DNA of 64,000 bases from positions 242 to 64,241 of IMG/VR virus record IMGVR_UViG_2974640449_000001; one strand, written 5' to 3'. Source of the stretch: a virus (Duplodnaviria; Heunggongvirae; Uroviricota; Caudoviricetes; Demerecviridae). This document shows, piece after piece, positions 45,235 to 55,104 of the stretch (within the stretch, counting starts at the first letter, position 1; every line of letters begins with the position of its first letter). A model generated the notes under the pieces. It saw only the letters and a list, made by a program, of their open reading frames with translations. It had not been told where the DNA came from and did not search any database. A program made the translations under genes and the position numbers.

Positions 45235-47804
45235 GCTGCCAGCCCTACATCTTGTAGCGACTCTAGAACCCAGTCCTTGTAGTCATAGATAGCGCCTGCT
45301 TTAGCGTCGATGTATTTACCTTTTTCGTCTTTCTCAGGAATCCAACCTTCTCGAACTTTGCTAATGACTTCTTGGGCTTTTGCTTGCATTTCAGGACTGT
45401 CATAAACAGCGATGAATGGGTACGCTTTATCCATCTTACCACAAGAGTAGTCACGAGAACCACCATTCTCTGAGTCAGAGTCGATACCGATAGGACAACC
45501 TTTAATTGTCAATGGCTCATCATCCCAACCATTGTAACGTAGTCCTTGAACGTTACGGTCGATGATTTCATTGTATTCATCAACTAGGTCTTCACGCACA
45601 ACCGCAATAATCGAGTCGTGTACTAGACCAATAATCTCGGCATCAATGCCTTTAGCCATGATCTCTTTATCCGCTTCCATTACACCTACTAGTAGGCTAT
45701 CTGATGAAGCTGACTGGATAATAGCGTTAAATCCTGAACGTACCTCACCTGCTACTACACCACGGTCTGTAGACTTGAAGTTACGTAGGCGACGTTTACG
45801 ACCATAGAAGTTGTAAATGAAGCCATACTGACGGATTTGTTCATGAGAAGCATTAATCCAACGACGCAATTGTGGGAACTTACGGAAGTAAGTATCAATG
45901 TGACCTTTCGCATCTTCAATAGTACAAGGTACGAATGGTTCGCCTGTATCCAAGCTTTGTTCTAGCAGAGCAATGTTTACAGATTCCGCAACCTTAGCTG
46001 GGCCACTACCATACATGATACCGAACGTGATAGCTTTAGCAGCTTGACGCATAGCTGGGAACTTCTTCTTAACTTCGTTAGGCTTACAAGGTAAGTTAAA
46101 TACCATGTGTGCGATAGTTGAGTGGAAGTCAGCATATTTGTCTGGTTCATTAGTCATGTTAATGAATACTTGCTGTAGGTTTCTGTCGCCTGATAGAACA
46201 GCAGCGTAGTAAACCTCAGCAGTTGTCAAGTCTTTTGCGACAATCTTATAGCCTTCTGGAGCTACAATACAACCCTTGATAATAGGGTTATCACGAGGAA
46301 GTTGCTGCGCGTTAAATGTACCTGATGAACTTAAACGACCTGAAGTAGTACTTGTACACAGGAAGTTTGTACGGATACGACCATCGGCATCAATGTTATC
46401 AAGTAGCTTGATAATAAATGAGTTAATCAGCTTACTAGTTTTACGAATGTTCAAAATCAGTTTCGGAATAGGGTGTTGTTCCCCTAGTTTTTCCAACACT
46501 TCTGCATCAGTAGAGTCAGCGCCTGAGTCTGTCATTTTACCTGTAGGAGACAAGCCTACTACATCGAATAACAGAGTACGTAGTTGCTGCGTAGAGTTAG
46601 GGTTAAACTGTTTGTCAAGCAGAGCCTCACACTGTTTAACTTCCTCATATGTATACAGCTTCTCAGTGTATTCTCGTAGTTGATGCTCTAGGAACTCATG
46701 TGCACGATGCAAACGAGTTTTTGATAGAGGCAGCCCACGGTCTTCCATACGACCAAGGAAACGAGTAGCTGGCATTAGTAAGTTTTCATACAACCATTTA
46801 AGTTTGTATGAAGTTTCACGACATAAGATGCCCCAGAACTTATGGTATAGACGGATAGTTGCGTCTGTATCGCCTGCTGCGTATTGCCACATAATTTCAA
46901 AAGGAATAAGGTCATAGGTGAACTCTTCCTGTTTGATTTTGTGCTCTTTACAGTAGTTCTTTTTGAACTCATCTAGCTCAAAGTCGTAGTCGCCCATATC
47001 AGTGTATTTCATAGCCAGAGATTTCAAGCCATGAGTACCTTGACGCTCATCCAATACATAGTGCATTACCATTGTATCGTGAAGACGACCTTCTTGATGC
47101 GCTTTTTCAAAGTCAGTTCCGAAGTGGAAAGTCATGATATGGTCATCGAACTTAGCGTTGTGTAGTACAACATCGCGCTTAGGTGTATCAATGATTTTTT
47201 GTAATACTTCCGCACATTCATCATCGAAGTAGTCTGCGTCCATGTATACGCCTTGATGAGTTCTATGAGACATAGAGATACCAAGAGGTTGACATTTACG
47301 TGCAGAGAAGCCTGTAGTCTCCGTATCGAGTGCGATTACCGGAACTTCTGCCACAGGAAGCATATACACTAAGTTAAGGTACTCAAGAATACCTTCCGTG
47401 CTCTGAATAGGGGCATAGTCTACTTCTGCCTTTGCCGCTTTTGTACCATCCATAATAGCACGGATTTCAGCTACGGTTGCATCGAAGGCAGGTTTTGTTT
47501 CTGGTTTAATAAATAGCATCGCAGGGTTAGTGGATACTAGGAAATTCTTATAGGAACCGTCTTTAGATTCTACTTGTTTACCAGAGTAATCTGATACGCG
47601 AGTATGACGGGTATACTGTTTCAAAGCTTCTGACCCAACTAAGATAATCCAATCATAGTCGTGTAGATTAACATCTAGGGTAATGTCTGCTTTCTTTAGT
47701 CGCTGAACTTTTTTATCAGCTAGGTGTAGGACTTCCACTGGGAAGCCAAATAGTTTTTCGTAGTTTACCTTGTTAGGGCATTTATCAATAATAGCTACTC
47801 GCAT
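45231..47804 (-). CDS. pol: DNA polymerase, family A, with 3'-5' exonuclease
   Basis: DTETTG, HNAKFD, TGRLSS, AKAITFGIMYG, LVHDS; AAGGA SD before MRVAIIDK. Confidence 0.95.
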   Translation of the reverse strand: MRVAIIDKCPNKVNYEKLFGFPVEVLHLADKKVQRLKKADITLDVNLHDYDWIILVGSEALKQYTRHTRVSDYSGKQVESKDGSYKNFLVSTNPAMLFIKPETKPAFDATVAEIRAIMDGTKAAKAEVDYAPIQSTEGILEYLNLVYMLPVAEVPVIALDTETTGFSARKCQPLGISMSHRTHQGVYMDADYFDDECAEVLQKIIDTPKRDVVLHNAKFDDHIMTFHFGTDFEKAHQEGRLHDTMVMHYVLDERQGTHGLKSLAMKYTDMGDYDFELDEFKKNYCKEHKIKQEEFTYDLIPFEIMWQYAAGDTDATIRLYHKFWGILCRETSYKLKWLYENLLMPATRFLGRMEDRGLPLSKTRLHRAHEFLEHQLREYTEKLYTYEEVKQCEALLDKQFNPNSTQQLRTLLFDVVGLSPTGKMTDSGADSTDAEVLEKLGEQHPIPKLILNIRKTSKLINSFIIKLLDNIDADGRIRTNFLCTSTTSGRLSSSGTFNAQQLPRDNPIIKGCIVAPEGYKIVAKDLTTAEVYYAAVLSGDRNLQQVFINMTNEPDKYADFHSTIAHMVFNLPCKPNEVKKKFPAMRQAAKAITFGIMYGSGPAKVAESVNIALLEQSLDTGEPFVPCTIEDAKGHIDTYFRKFPQLRRWINASHEQIRQYGFIYNFYGRKRRLRNFKSTDRGVVAGEVRSGFNAIIQSASSDSLLVGVMEADKEIMAKGIDAEIIGLVHDSIIAVVREDLVDEYNEIIDRNVQGLRYNGWDDEPLTIKGCPIGIDSDSENGGSRDYSCGKMDKAYPFIAVYDSPEMQAKAQEVISKVREGWIPEKDEKGKYIDAKAGAIYDYKDWVLESLQDVGLAA

Positions 47805-47882
47805 AATTTTCCTTACAATTGTTATGGGATGTAAAACAACCAATAAAAAGAGGTAACTCAGACCATTCCGAATTACCTCAAT

Positions 47883-47911
47883 ATTATATCAAAATTAGAG
47901 TTACCTTGCAA
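47883..47911 (-). promoter_or_regulatory. Promoter of the polymerase gene, overlapping a terminator-like hairpin (47844-47879)
   Basis: TTGCAA-N17-TATAAT; GAGGTAA/TTACCTC stem plus T5. Confidence 0.65.
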
Positions 47912-48773
47912 TTAGTTTTTCAATCTGATATGCTAGCTTATCTACTTCGGTTTGAGACAAACAACCAGGATCACTCCCAGGCTCTAGCATATAACTAATA
48001 TCTAAGGCTTCCATCTTAGTTTTCATACGGATAATATCTTCAATCTTCTTAGCAGCGTACCTGCCAGCCTTATCATTATCCATAAGTATCAGAAATCTTC
48101 TAACTCCTGATATTAGATAAGGCAATAGTTTTTGGTATGCATTACTAAATGTTAGGTTATGCGTACCAAATATACATACCGAGTTTGTAATCCCTTTATC
48201 GTGTAGGTTGAGCATGTCAAATAGCCCCTCAGTAACTATGAGAGTATCTACATCTTTAACAAAAGGGAATACTGGTATCTGCGCTCTTTCTGGATAGAAC
48301 TTATATTTTGGCTTAACGTTAGAGTACATGTGTCTACCATTGAAACACATTATCTTACCAGTTGCATCGTTGATAGGGAACAGAATTCTATTCTCATAAT
48401 CTTCATGTCCATAAGTAAATGCACCAAATTTTTCATAGGTCTCAGCGGAAATATCCCTGAAATCTTCAGAATAGGCACGGGCGCCGGGCGGAATTTCCAT
48501 TCCACGAGTTTCTCTTTGTATGTCTGCGATTCTATCACGTACATTATAAACTAAGTCGTAAACAGGGCTTTGATACTCTCCAAAGTGAACAAATATATTT
48601 CCATGATAACCACAACTAAAACAGTTGAACTTCCCTGTCTCACTGTCAATCCGCATGGAAGGATTGGAATCATCGTGTTCTGGATTTATACACTTGACAA
48701 GGAGATCTCTCCCCTTGTCTACATAGTGTATATCTCTGTCTTTTAATAGCTTTTCCACATTAGTCGAGTTCAT
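47901..48773 (-). CDS. DNA primase
   Basis: CINPEHDD...CFSCG zinc finger; EGLFD and DNDKAG TOPRIM motifs. Confidence 0.92.
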   Translation of the reverse strand: MNSTNVEKLLKDRDIHYVDKGRDLLVKCINPEHDDSNPSMRIDSETGKFNCFSCGYHGNIFVHFGEYQSPVYDLVYNVRDRIADIQRETRGMEIPPGARAYSEDFRDISAETYEKFGAFTYGHEDYENRILFPINDATGKIMCFNGRHMYSNVKPKYKFYPERAQIPVFPFVKDVDTLIVTEGLFDMLNLHDKGITNSVCIFGTHNLTFSNAYQKLLPYLISGVRRFLILMDNDKAGRYAAKKIEDIIRMKTKMEALDISYMLEPGSDPGCLSQTEVDKLAYQIEKLIAR

Positions 48774-50160
48774 AACTAGTGTCCTGTACTGATTTCGAAA
48801 CCTGAGACTCTGCTTTGTTTTGTCCTACTTCCTCTAGAGACACTTCTCTAGGGTCAGCTCTAAGTGTTGTCCAGTCCATACCAATATTGAATTGACAATT
48901 TGGCAATGAACGAACTTTATCTGTAGTAAGTTGTAGAATACCAGCCTCATGGTCAGCATCCAATCTAACCGCAATATCTACCGGAACAAGGATTGCTTTA
49001 GAGAATCTAGCTTGTCCATTTTCATTTAACTGGTATGGTGAGAAGATAGCACAATCGTGCTTACGAGCTAATGACTTAAAGCCACGAGAAAGCTCTAACT
49101 GGTAAACCCAGTCATATGGGTCTCCTGTAGTATCTAATCGAGTTTCGTTAATGTAGTCAACGATACCCATAGTTAGCTTCTTACCATATTGTGCTCTAAA
49201 CTTACTAAGACTAACATCAATAGTAGATAGACGCAGGTTAGAGTCATCAATAATAATCATAGGATGAATTTCCTCATGATTACGCATTAACTCCTGGTCT
49301 AGCTCTACAAAGTCGTCGGTTATAAGATGGTTTTTATTTCGTACAAAATTCTTATAGGCTTCAGCCCCTCCGTGAAACATTTTCGCTCGTGTTAATGCTA
49401 ACTTACGTAACTCGTCCCCTTCTAGTCTTTGCTGCTTGGTATGCATTGCATTGACGCCTGCCATAATAGATAAGTTTCTTAGTAGAACCTCTCTAGCAGA
49501 CATTTCGATAGAGTAGTATGGTGCAATATTACCTGCGTTCCATTGAGCTACTTGTAAGTTTGAACAGAATACTGATTTACCAGAACCAGTCGGGCCACCT
49601 ACTAGAATAAACTCTTGGCGACCTGCACCACCAAACTCGGAGTCCCACTTGTTGGAGATACCAGTGTAAATCATTTCCATTTCTTTATCACTTGAGTGTT
49701 GGAATACAGGAATTTGAGATGCAGTAAGAATAGATCCACTATTCTCTACTTTCTCTTCTAGTTTTAGAGGTAAGGCATTTAATCTGTCAATTAAATCTTC
49801 TGCTGTAAGCATCGTAATGTCATCCAAGATATTACGACTTATTAGCTGTAGTGTTTCTTGTTGAGCGTATTCATTTCTAAGAGCATCGATTGCCATGTCG
49901 AAGTCTATATCTAAATCATCTAGGTGCTGCAAAGCTGCTAACGACATTTGAATGTTGTTATTACGGCTAAACTTAATGCTAAGCTCATCCATGCTAGGCA
50001 CTTTACCGTGATCTTGGTAATATTTAGCTATTGCTTTGTGAATTGTACCGTATGAACTAGAGAAGAAATGGGGCTTGATCTTGTCGAAGCAAGCTAGTGC
50101 TAATTCTTTATCAGTACAAGACAGAAGTAGTTTAAGTACAACTGCTTGAACGTTTATCAT
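48760..50160 (-). CDS. D6: Replicative DnaB-like helicase
   Basis: GPTGSGKS, SIEM, IVDYIN. Confidence 0.9.
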   Translation of the reverse strand: MINVQAVVLKLLLSCTDKELALACFDKIKPHFFSSSYGTIHKAIAKYYQDHGKVPSMDELSIKFSRNNNIQMSLAALQHLDDLDIDFDMAIDALRNEYAQQETLQLISRNILDDITMLTAEDLIDRLNALPLKLEEKVENSGSILTASQIPVFQHSSDKEMEMIYTGISNKWDSEFGGAGRQEFILVGGPTGSGKSVFCSNLQVAQWNAGNIAPYYSIEMSAREVLLRNLSIMAGVNAMHTKQQRLEGDELRKLALTRAKMFHGGAEAYKNFVRNKNHLITDDFVELDQELMRNHEEIHPMIIIDDSNLRLSTIDVSLSKFRAQYGKKLTMGIVDYINETRLDTTGDPYDWVYQLELSRGFKSLARKHDCAIFSPYQLNENGQARFSKAILVPVDIAVRLDADHEAGILQLTTDKVRSLPNCQFNIGMDWTTLRADPREVSLEEVGQNKAESQVSKSVQDTSYELD

Positions 50161-50219
50161 TATTGCTCCGATAATAAAAAAGGGAAGCTAATAGCCTCCC
50201 TCTTTTTACTTAATAAGAA

Positions 50220-50984
50220 TTACTCAGCTTTTTCAGCTTTAGCGTCTAGTTTTGCACGTTGTTTTTCACCGTTATGGTCAGCACAAGCAAGACCACGACG
50301 AGTTAGAGCGTTTTTAACACCGCGTTCTGACTTACCAACTTTTTCTGCGATTTCCGCAACAGTTAGGTCAGCCATTACATCAAGTACAGGCTCTAGCCAG
50401 TCAGCGCGAACTGTAGCTTTGCTTTCTGCTTGATGAGGGATTTCGTTGATACGACCTTCACGATGTAGGCTTAGACCTTTACCGCGTACAGATTGTAGAG
50501 GACGACCCATAGCTTCTGCGATAGCTTCTAGTGAAGCACCAGCGTTTGCCATTTCAATGAAAGTAGCTTCTTCTGCTTCTGAATAAGTGCGTTTTGCAGC
50601 AGTCTTTTCAGCTTTCTTAACAGAGTCAGTCATTTCTAGAGAAAGAACCTTACCTTGGATTTGTTTAGCGTTGAACTTACCAGCTAGGAAAGTAGCTGCG
50701 ATTTCGTTGTAAGTCATTGTGCCGTCGTTGCTGTTTAGGAAGTCTACTAGAGCAGCTTCTTCATCTTCAGCCCAAGCTGATTTGTTAGCATCAGCAGCTT
50801 TTTGAACTTCAAGAGATAGTTCACCAACTTTTACTAGTTGACGTAGTTTAGAACCTACACCACGTGAAGTGTGACCTAGCTCATCAGCAATGTCTTTTAA
50901 CAAGTCTTGTGATACAACAGTTACACCTTCTACACGAGCTTTAAGTACAGATACGTTTTCTTCATTCCAAGCGAATTTAGCCAT
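50220..50984 (-). CDS. D5: D5-like DNA-binding protein
   Basis: MAKFAWNEE N-terminus with repeated HTH-like units. Confidence 0.85.
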   Translation of the reverse strand: MAKFAWNEENVSVLKARVEGVTVVSQDLLKDIADELGHTSRGVGSKLRQLVKVGELSLEVQKAADANKSAWAEDEEAALVDFLNSNDGTMTYNEIAATFLAGKFNAKQIQGKVLSLEMTDSVKKAEKTAAKRTYSEAEEATFIEMANAGASLEAIAEAMGRPLQSVRGKGLSLHREGRINEIPHQAESKATVRADWLEPVLDVMADLTVAEIAEKVGKSERGVKNALTRRGLACADHNGEKQRAKLDAKAEKAE

Positions 50985-50988
50985 TATT

Positions 50989-51765
50989 TTATTCTCCGAT
51001 AATATTAATTAATTCTTTGATAGTTACAATTGGTAGGTCGTTTGCTAGAGCTTTCTTGTAAGACGAAGATCCTTTCTTCGTTTCGTCTTCGCAAACGAGA
51101 TATTTAACAGATTTGGTAACACTGCCTTTGACAGAGATACCGTAGTTTGATAAGTAGTCAGCAGCTTTTGAACGGCTAGTAAAGTCGTTAAGCTTGCCAG
51201 TGATACATACATCGAATTTGTGCTCTGTATTTTGTGTCGGTTTTGTGCTTACTTCCGTAAAAGTAATAAAACCGTCTAGAGCTTCGATTGTATCTAAACC
51301 CTCTAGTGATGAACACCATTCCATGAGGGACTCCGTAGCTTTTTCACCTAGCCCTGCATCCTTGCAGGATTTAACAGTGATTTCCGTAAAGCTATTGATT
51401 TTTGTAGCAAGCTTTTCAGCAGCTACTTTACCGATTAACTTAATACCAAGTGAGCCTAGAACTGTGGCAAATTCACTTGTTTTAGTTTTCTGTAGTTCGG
51501 TAAAGAGCTTTGAACCTACTTTATCGCCAAGAACATCCTTGAGCCGCTGCTCGGACAGGTTATATAATCCTGATATAGTAGTTAGTTCTAATTTGGCAAT
51601 AGTTGCAGCCCCAAAACCCTTAATTTTCATTTTCTTACAGTAGTTCTCAACTAATTTTGAACTCTGTGCGGGACAAGCAGTTTTATTTCGACAGAATAGT
51701 TGACCATTAACGTTTTCAAGAGTTGAGCCGCATGATGGACACTCTGTTGGAATCACTATTTGCAT
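50989..51765 (-). CDS. ligB: NAD-dependent DNA ligase subunit B (Zn finger, HhH, BRCT)
   Basis: PTECPSCGS, IKGFG, CITGKL BRCT. Confidence 0.92.
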   Translation of the reverse strand: MQIVIPTECPSCGSTLENVNGQLFCRNKTACPAQSSKLVENYCKKMKIKGFGAATIAKLELTTISGLYNLSEQRLKDVLGDKVGSKLFTELQKTKTSEFATVLGSLGIKLIGKVAAEKLATKINSFTEITVKSCKDAGLGEKATESLMEWCSSLEGLDTIEALDGFITFTEVSTKPTQNTEHKFDVCITGKLNDFTSRSKAADYLSNYGISVKGSVTKSVKYLVCEDETKKGSSSYKKALANDLPIVTIKELINIIGE

Positions 51766-51794
51766 TTAATTATCTCCCTCAACTTTATGATAAT

Positions 51795-51919
51795 ATTATA
51801 TCAATAATTTTAGCAGTTGAGCAATTAGGTTTTTAATCTTTTTGCTAGATGCTTTTTAATTTATTTGCTTTCCCTCAATTCGTGATAGATAGTATATACT
51901 GATCTTCCAAAATTGTCAA
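51795..51919 (-). promoter_or_regulatory. Tandem promoters upstream of ligB
   Basis: TTGACA-N17-TATACT (51919-51891) and TTGCTC-N18-TATAAT (51824-51795). Confidence 0.7.
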
Positions 51920-51920
51920 A

Positions 51921-52484
51921 TCAGTTTTCTAACATCGCTTCGAGAGTGGCTTTCAGTTCTTCAAAATCCGAGTCAAATCTTAAATTGAAAGTAGGGATGC
52001 CATAACTACGAGAAATCTCTACAGCAGTTCTAGTCCCACCCTTAACAACACGAGCCATACTTTCTTCAGCACAGTAGATAGTTAGGTCTGCCATGGACTC
52101 CGGACTTAGAGATACCCCTAGTGCTTGGAATACATTTCGAGTGTGCATTGCACGACCACCGCGTTTTAGGCGATCCCAAGCAGGGTGATGTTCTTCAGCA
52201 ATTCTAGCAGCTTCCATACGTAGAGCTTCAGGACAGGTATCTAGAGATAGGAACTGGGCATCTTTAGTCTCGTAGCCTTCGTTGTATCCATTCCAAGGTA
52301 GGATATGCTGAACAAAGATATATTTATCCCACTCTTTATCGTTGCCTAGCGCATTACCACTAGCACCAGTGATGCCTAATTGAAGTAGTAAATTACCGAT
52401 AATCTGGATACGTTCTGCGTCCTGTTTGGTAAGGGTTCGGGAACCCACCACACAAGCTCTGTGGTTCTTTAAGGTTAATTTCAT
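51921..52484 (-). CDS. SLOG / DprA-like Rossmann-fold protein
   Basis: VVGSR, SGxAxGxD, RN...LG, GGT..A...GIPTFNL. Confidence 0.7.
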   Translation of the reverse strand: MKLTLKNHRACVVGSRTLTKQDAERIQIIGNLLLQLGITGASGNALGNDKEWDKYIFVQHILPWNGYNEGYETKDAQFLSLDTCPEALRMEAARIAEEHHPAWDRLKRGGRAMHTRNVFQALGVSLSPESMADLTIYCAEESMARVVKGGTRTAVEISRSYGIPTFNLRFDSDFEELKATLEAMLEN

Positions 52485-52689
52485 TCTTTAGCGCCTCGTA
52501 CATTTTAGGAGTTACTATTATTTTGTCTTTATATACTAATGCGTGACCGTCTGGCAAAGGATCATCGTATTGTACTCTGTATAGTTTTATATAGCGTTTG
52601 CCCACCTTAGACTTAGATAAACCCCATTTATGGAACTTCTTAGTCTTGACTGGGTATTGCACAAACACTTGGAGTCCATTAATTATCAT
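52393..52689 (-). CDS. Hypothetical protein
   Basis: 98-aa ORF overlapping the SLOG gene by 92 nt. Confidence 0.55.
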   Translation of the reverse strand: MIINGLQVFVQYPVKTKKFHKWGLSKSKVGKRYIKLYRVQYDDPLPDGHALVYKDKIIVTPKMYEALKNEINLKEPQSLCGGFPNPYQTGRRTYPDYR

Positions 52690-52900
52690 CGACCCTCACA
52701 TACTTATACCATTTACCGCCCATTTTGATATGAACCTCCTCTAAAGGAGCCTCTTCTGGCATCATCGCAGCTGCACCTGTTTTTTGTCTAGGCTTGGGAG
52801 ATTCTTTCATCGGGTTCAATTCACTAGCCCCTCCAGCTATGTCCTCAAATGTGGGAGCAATTTCTTGGGGGCTACCGAAAATCAGACCAAGTAATCCCAT
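52679..52900 (-). CDS. Hypothetical protein
   Basis: 73 aa, coupled to the ligA stop. Confidence 0.65.
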   Translation of the reverse strand: MGLLGLIFGSPQEIAPTFEDIAGGASELNPMKESPKPRQKTGAAAMMPEEAPLEEVHIKMGGKWYKYVRVDDN

Positions 52901-53868
52901 TAAAAAGCCTCCACAATTTTAGGGATAATACCGCCTGCACGAATAATACGTACTTCTTGACCTACGTGGGTAATGCCCATCGCTTCCATGTAAGCTACGT
53001 TGTTTAAGGTGACGCGAGTTACTTTCGCATCTTCTAGAACAACTTCTTTTACAATCGCTACTGGGGTCACTTTACCTGAGGCACCTACCTGCCAGATTAC
53101 ATCTTCAATAGTAGTTACTTCGCCTTCATCATCTTCTTTAACAGCAAATGCACCTTTAGGGAACTTCGAGGTGAATCCCGCTGCAAAGTAAGCACGATTA
53201 CGTTTTAGGCGGAATACCCATCCATCTGTTATAATTAAGCCGTCTTCAACAGCTTTGAGAACATTTTTGCTAAGGATAGTATGGAAGCCTAGACGTTCTA
53301 GCTCCTTCATATCATTATCGTACATAGCGCCCAGACAGCTATCAGCAGAAGTCTGTACATTATAAGCGATAAAACGTAAGCCGCCTTCCACTAAACGAGA
53401 CATAAACTCAGAGCCTTTGTCTAGGTTCATAGCACCTGATGCGAAGTTACGAGCGTTGTCAATATCTTTAGTAGTAACTACTTCACCTGTTACTTGCATG
53501 ATAGGGGCGTAGTAATCTACTTGCGCTGGAACTAGTTCTTTAAGGTTTTGAGTAATATCACGACCTTTAACACCATCCCCACGAGTAACACCTTGAACAA
53601 ATTTACCATTAATATATAAACAATCAACAGCACATCCATCAAGTTTTGGAGACTCGATATAAGGTTCTAGGTTTGGTAGCTCATCACCACGACAAGGGTA
53701 CTTCTTTTCTAATGACCACATACGGAACATGTGTTCCACTTCACCTTTGTGACCAATAGTTACTTCTGCTTCTGGGAAGCGTTTTATAAGAGCATCATAC
53801 TCCTCGTCAGAGATTAATGGCTCACCATCGTAGTACGCCTTCTGAAGTGTTTCAATAAATTGTTTCAT
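52900..53868 (-). CDS. ligA: NAD-dependent DNA ligase subunit A (adenylation domain)
   Basis: ISDEEYD, SPKLDG, TRGDG, DG..F, QVGASG. Confidence 0.93.
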   Translation of the reverse strand: MKQFIETLQKAYYDGEPLISDEEYDALIKRFPEAEVTIGHKGEVEHMFRMWSLEKKYPCRGDELPNLEPYIESPKLDGCAVDCLYINGKFVQGVTRGDGVKGRDITQNLKELVPAQVDYYAPIMQVTGEVVTTKDIDNARNFASGAMNLDKGSEFMSRLVEGGLRFIAYNVQTSADSCLGAMYDNDMKELERLGFHTILSKNVLKAVEDGLIITDGWVFRLKRNRAYFAAGFTSKFPKGAFAVKEDDEGEVTTIEDVIWQVGASGKVTPVAIVKEVVLEDAKVTRVTLNNVAYMEAMGITHVGQEVRIIRAGGIIPKIVEAF

Positions 53869-53896
53869 TAAATCTCTCCATTCAATTTATAAACAT

Positions 53897-53925
53897 ATTA
53901 TACTTACATTCGACCTGAAACGCAA
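53897..53925 (-). promoter_or_regulatory. Early promoter of ligA
   Basis: TTGCGT-N17-TATAAT. Confidence 0.65.
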
Positions 53926-54170
53926 GCCCATTTTTGCGGAATTGAGACCTGTAAGTGCTTTTCAATTAATTCAGCAGAACCGTTTGCAGAGAAGCCATAC
54001 ATAGTACATAAGAATACTCGTATCTGAGCCAACATAGTTTCATAATTTTCCCCTGCTTCTAGTTGTAGTATGTGAGACTTTTCTTCTGCTAAGTCGTCTG
54101 CTGCACGTTTAGCTCGTTGGTGGAAAGATTGTTGTCTTTCTGCAATTGATTTAGGTTTACTGTATCTCAT
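53904..54170 (-). CDS. Conserved hypothetical protein
   Basis: 88 aa, GAGGA SD. Confidence 0.7.
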   Translation of the reverse strand: MRYSKPKSIAERQQSFHQRAKRAADDLAEEKSHILQLEAGENYETMLAQIRVFLCTMYGFSANGSAELIEKHLQVSIPQKWACVSGRM

Positions 54171-54535
54171 TTATTTTCCTCTATAAATTGAACTGGGGTG
54201 GCATCTTCGTCTGCATGGTTAGTTGTTAGGCCATAAGACATAACCTCTATTTCAGTATGTACTAAGTGATCTTCATCAGGGTCTACGTAACTAGAGATTG
54301 ATCTATAAGAAGGAGCTACAAATAAGTCGGATATATTCGTATCTAGTTTGCCTTCTATTAATAATTTTCCATCTTCTACTATTGCGTCTGTTACAACCCC
54401 TACGACATTATTGGCATCATAGTTAACTAGTATAGGCTTCTCCACACCCTCAAACTTCTTGAGCGATTCAGGTGTGAATACGTTACCGTTCTTATCCGGT
54501 TTAATAGAGGATGCTGTGCATTTGAATCTATACAT
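54167..54535 (-). CDS. Degenerate prohead-protease-like protein
   Basis: DKNGNVF...PILVNYD...VVG...DGKLLIEG aligns by eye with 14085..14693; catalytic His and Ser positions not conserved. Confidence 0.55.
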   Translation of the reverse strand: MYRFKCTASSIKPDKNGNVFTPESLKKFEGVEKPILVNYDANNVVGVVTDAIVEDGKLLIEGKLDTNISDLFVAPSYRSISSYVDPDEDHLVHTEIEVMSYGLTTNHADEDATPVQFIEENK

Positions 54536-54768
54536 TAGTTTACCTCTATAATTACATTGTCAAAACGAATAGTGGCCAGCTCAAAGGGTACACATTCTAC
54601 TCTTAATTCATCACCATCTACTATAAAATGCCCGTTGTCATCTTTTACATATTTTTCAATGTATTTATCTTTAGTATTTAGGTTAACTACTCCGTACTCT
54701 TCCTTACCGTTTAGATATATTCTAATAGCGCCTTCCGTAGCTCCTATTGTAGTAGAGTTTATTAACAT
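54535..54768 (-). CDS. Hypothetical protein
   Basis: 77 aa, coupled. Confidence 0.7.
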   Translation of the reverse strand: MLINSTTIGATEGAIRIYLNGKEEYGVVNLNTKDKYIEKYVKDDNGHFIVDGDELRVECVPFELATIRFDNVIIEVN

Positions 54769-54798
54769 TTGTTTTCTCCATATAAAACAAAAGCCGAA

Positions 54799-55104
54799 TC
54801 ACTTACGATTCGGCTCATAATTAAGTTTGTCTAAAACTTCATGTAAGACTTCTCCCTTACTTAAAATCTTGGTTAGCGCCCCGAATAAAGCACTGGTAGT
54901 ATTAAGATTATAAGGGAAAGTAAATCCTTGTTTAGTTGGCATCCATGAATCATCTATATCTATGACCCACTTTCGCATCCCTAGATATAGATTGCCTCGA
55001 AACTCTGAGACTGTTAGACGAATCTGCATGTCTTTCTCAAAACTCTCGTAGATTACTTCGTCTAACAGATCATCATGCCCGTTGTAGTTATCGGTTACGT
55101 CCAT
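54799..55104 (-). CDS. PC4/p15-like ssDNA-binding protein
   Basis: IRLTVSEFRG..YL..RKW...W.PTKQG PC4 signature. Confidence 0.8.
   Translation of the reverse strand: MDVTDNYNGHDDLLDEVIYESFEKDMQIRLTVSEFRGNLYLGMRKWVIDIDDSWMPTKQGFTFPYNLNTTSALFGALTKILSKGEVLHEVLDKLNYEPNRK

Noticed and set aside
45231-47804. Intein or intron in the polymerase (also checked terL, helicases and nrdD)
   Set aside because: Lengths are normal and motifs are contiguous
52393-52484. 92-nt overlap of two genes as deliberate dual coding
   Set aside because: More simply a lost stop codon extending the upstream ORF; no supporting signal
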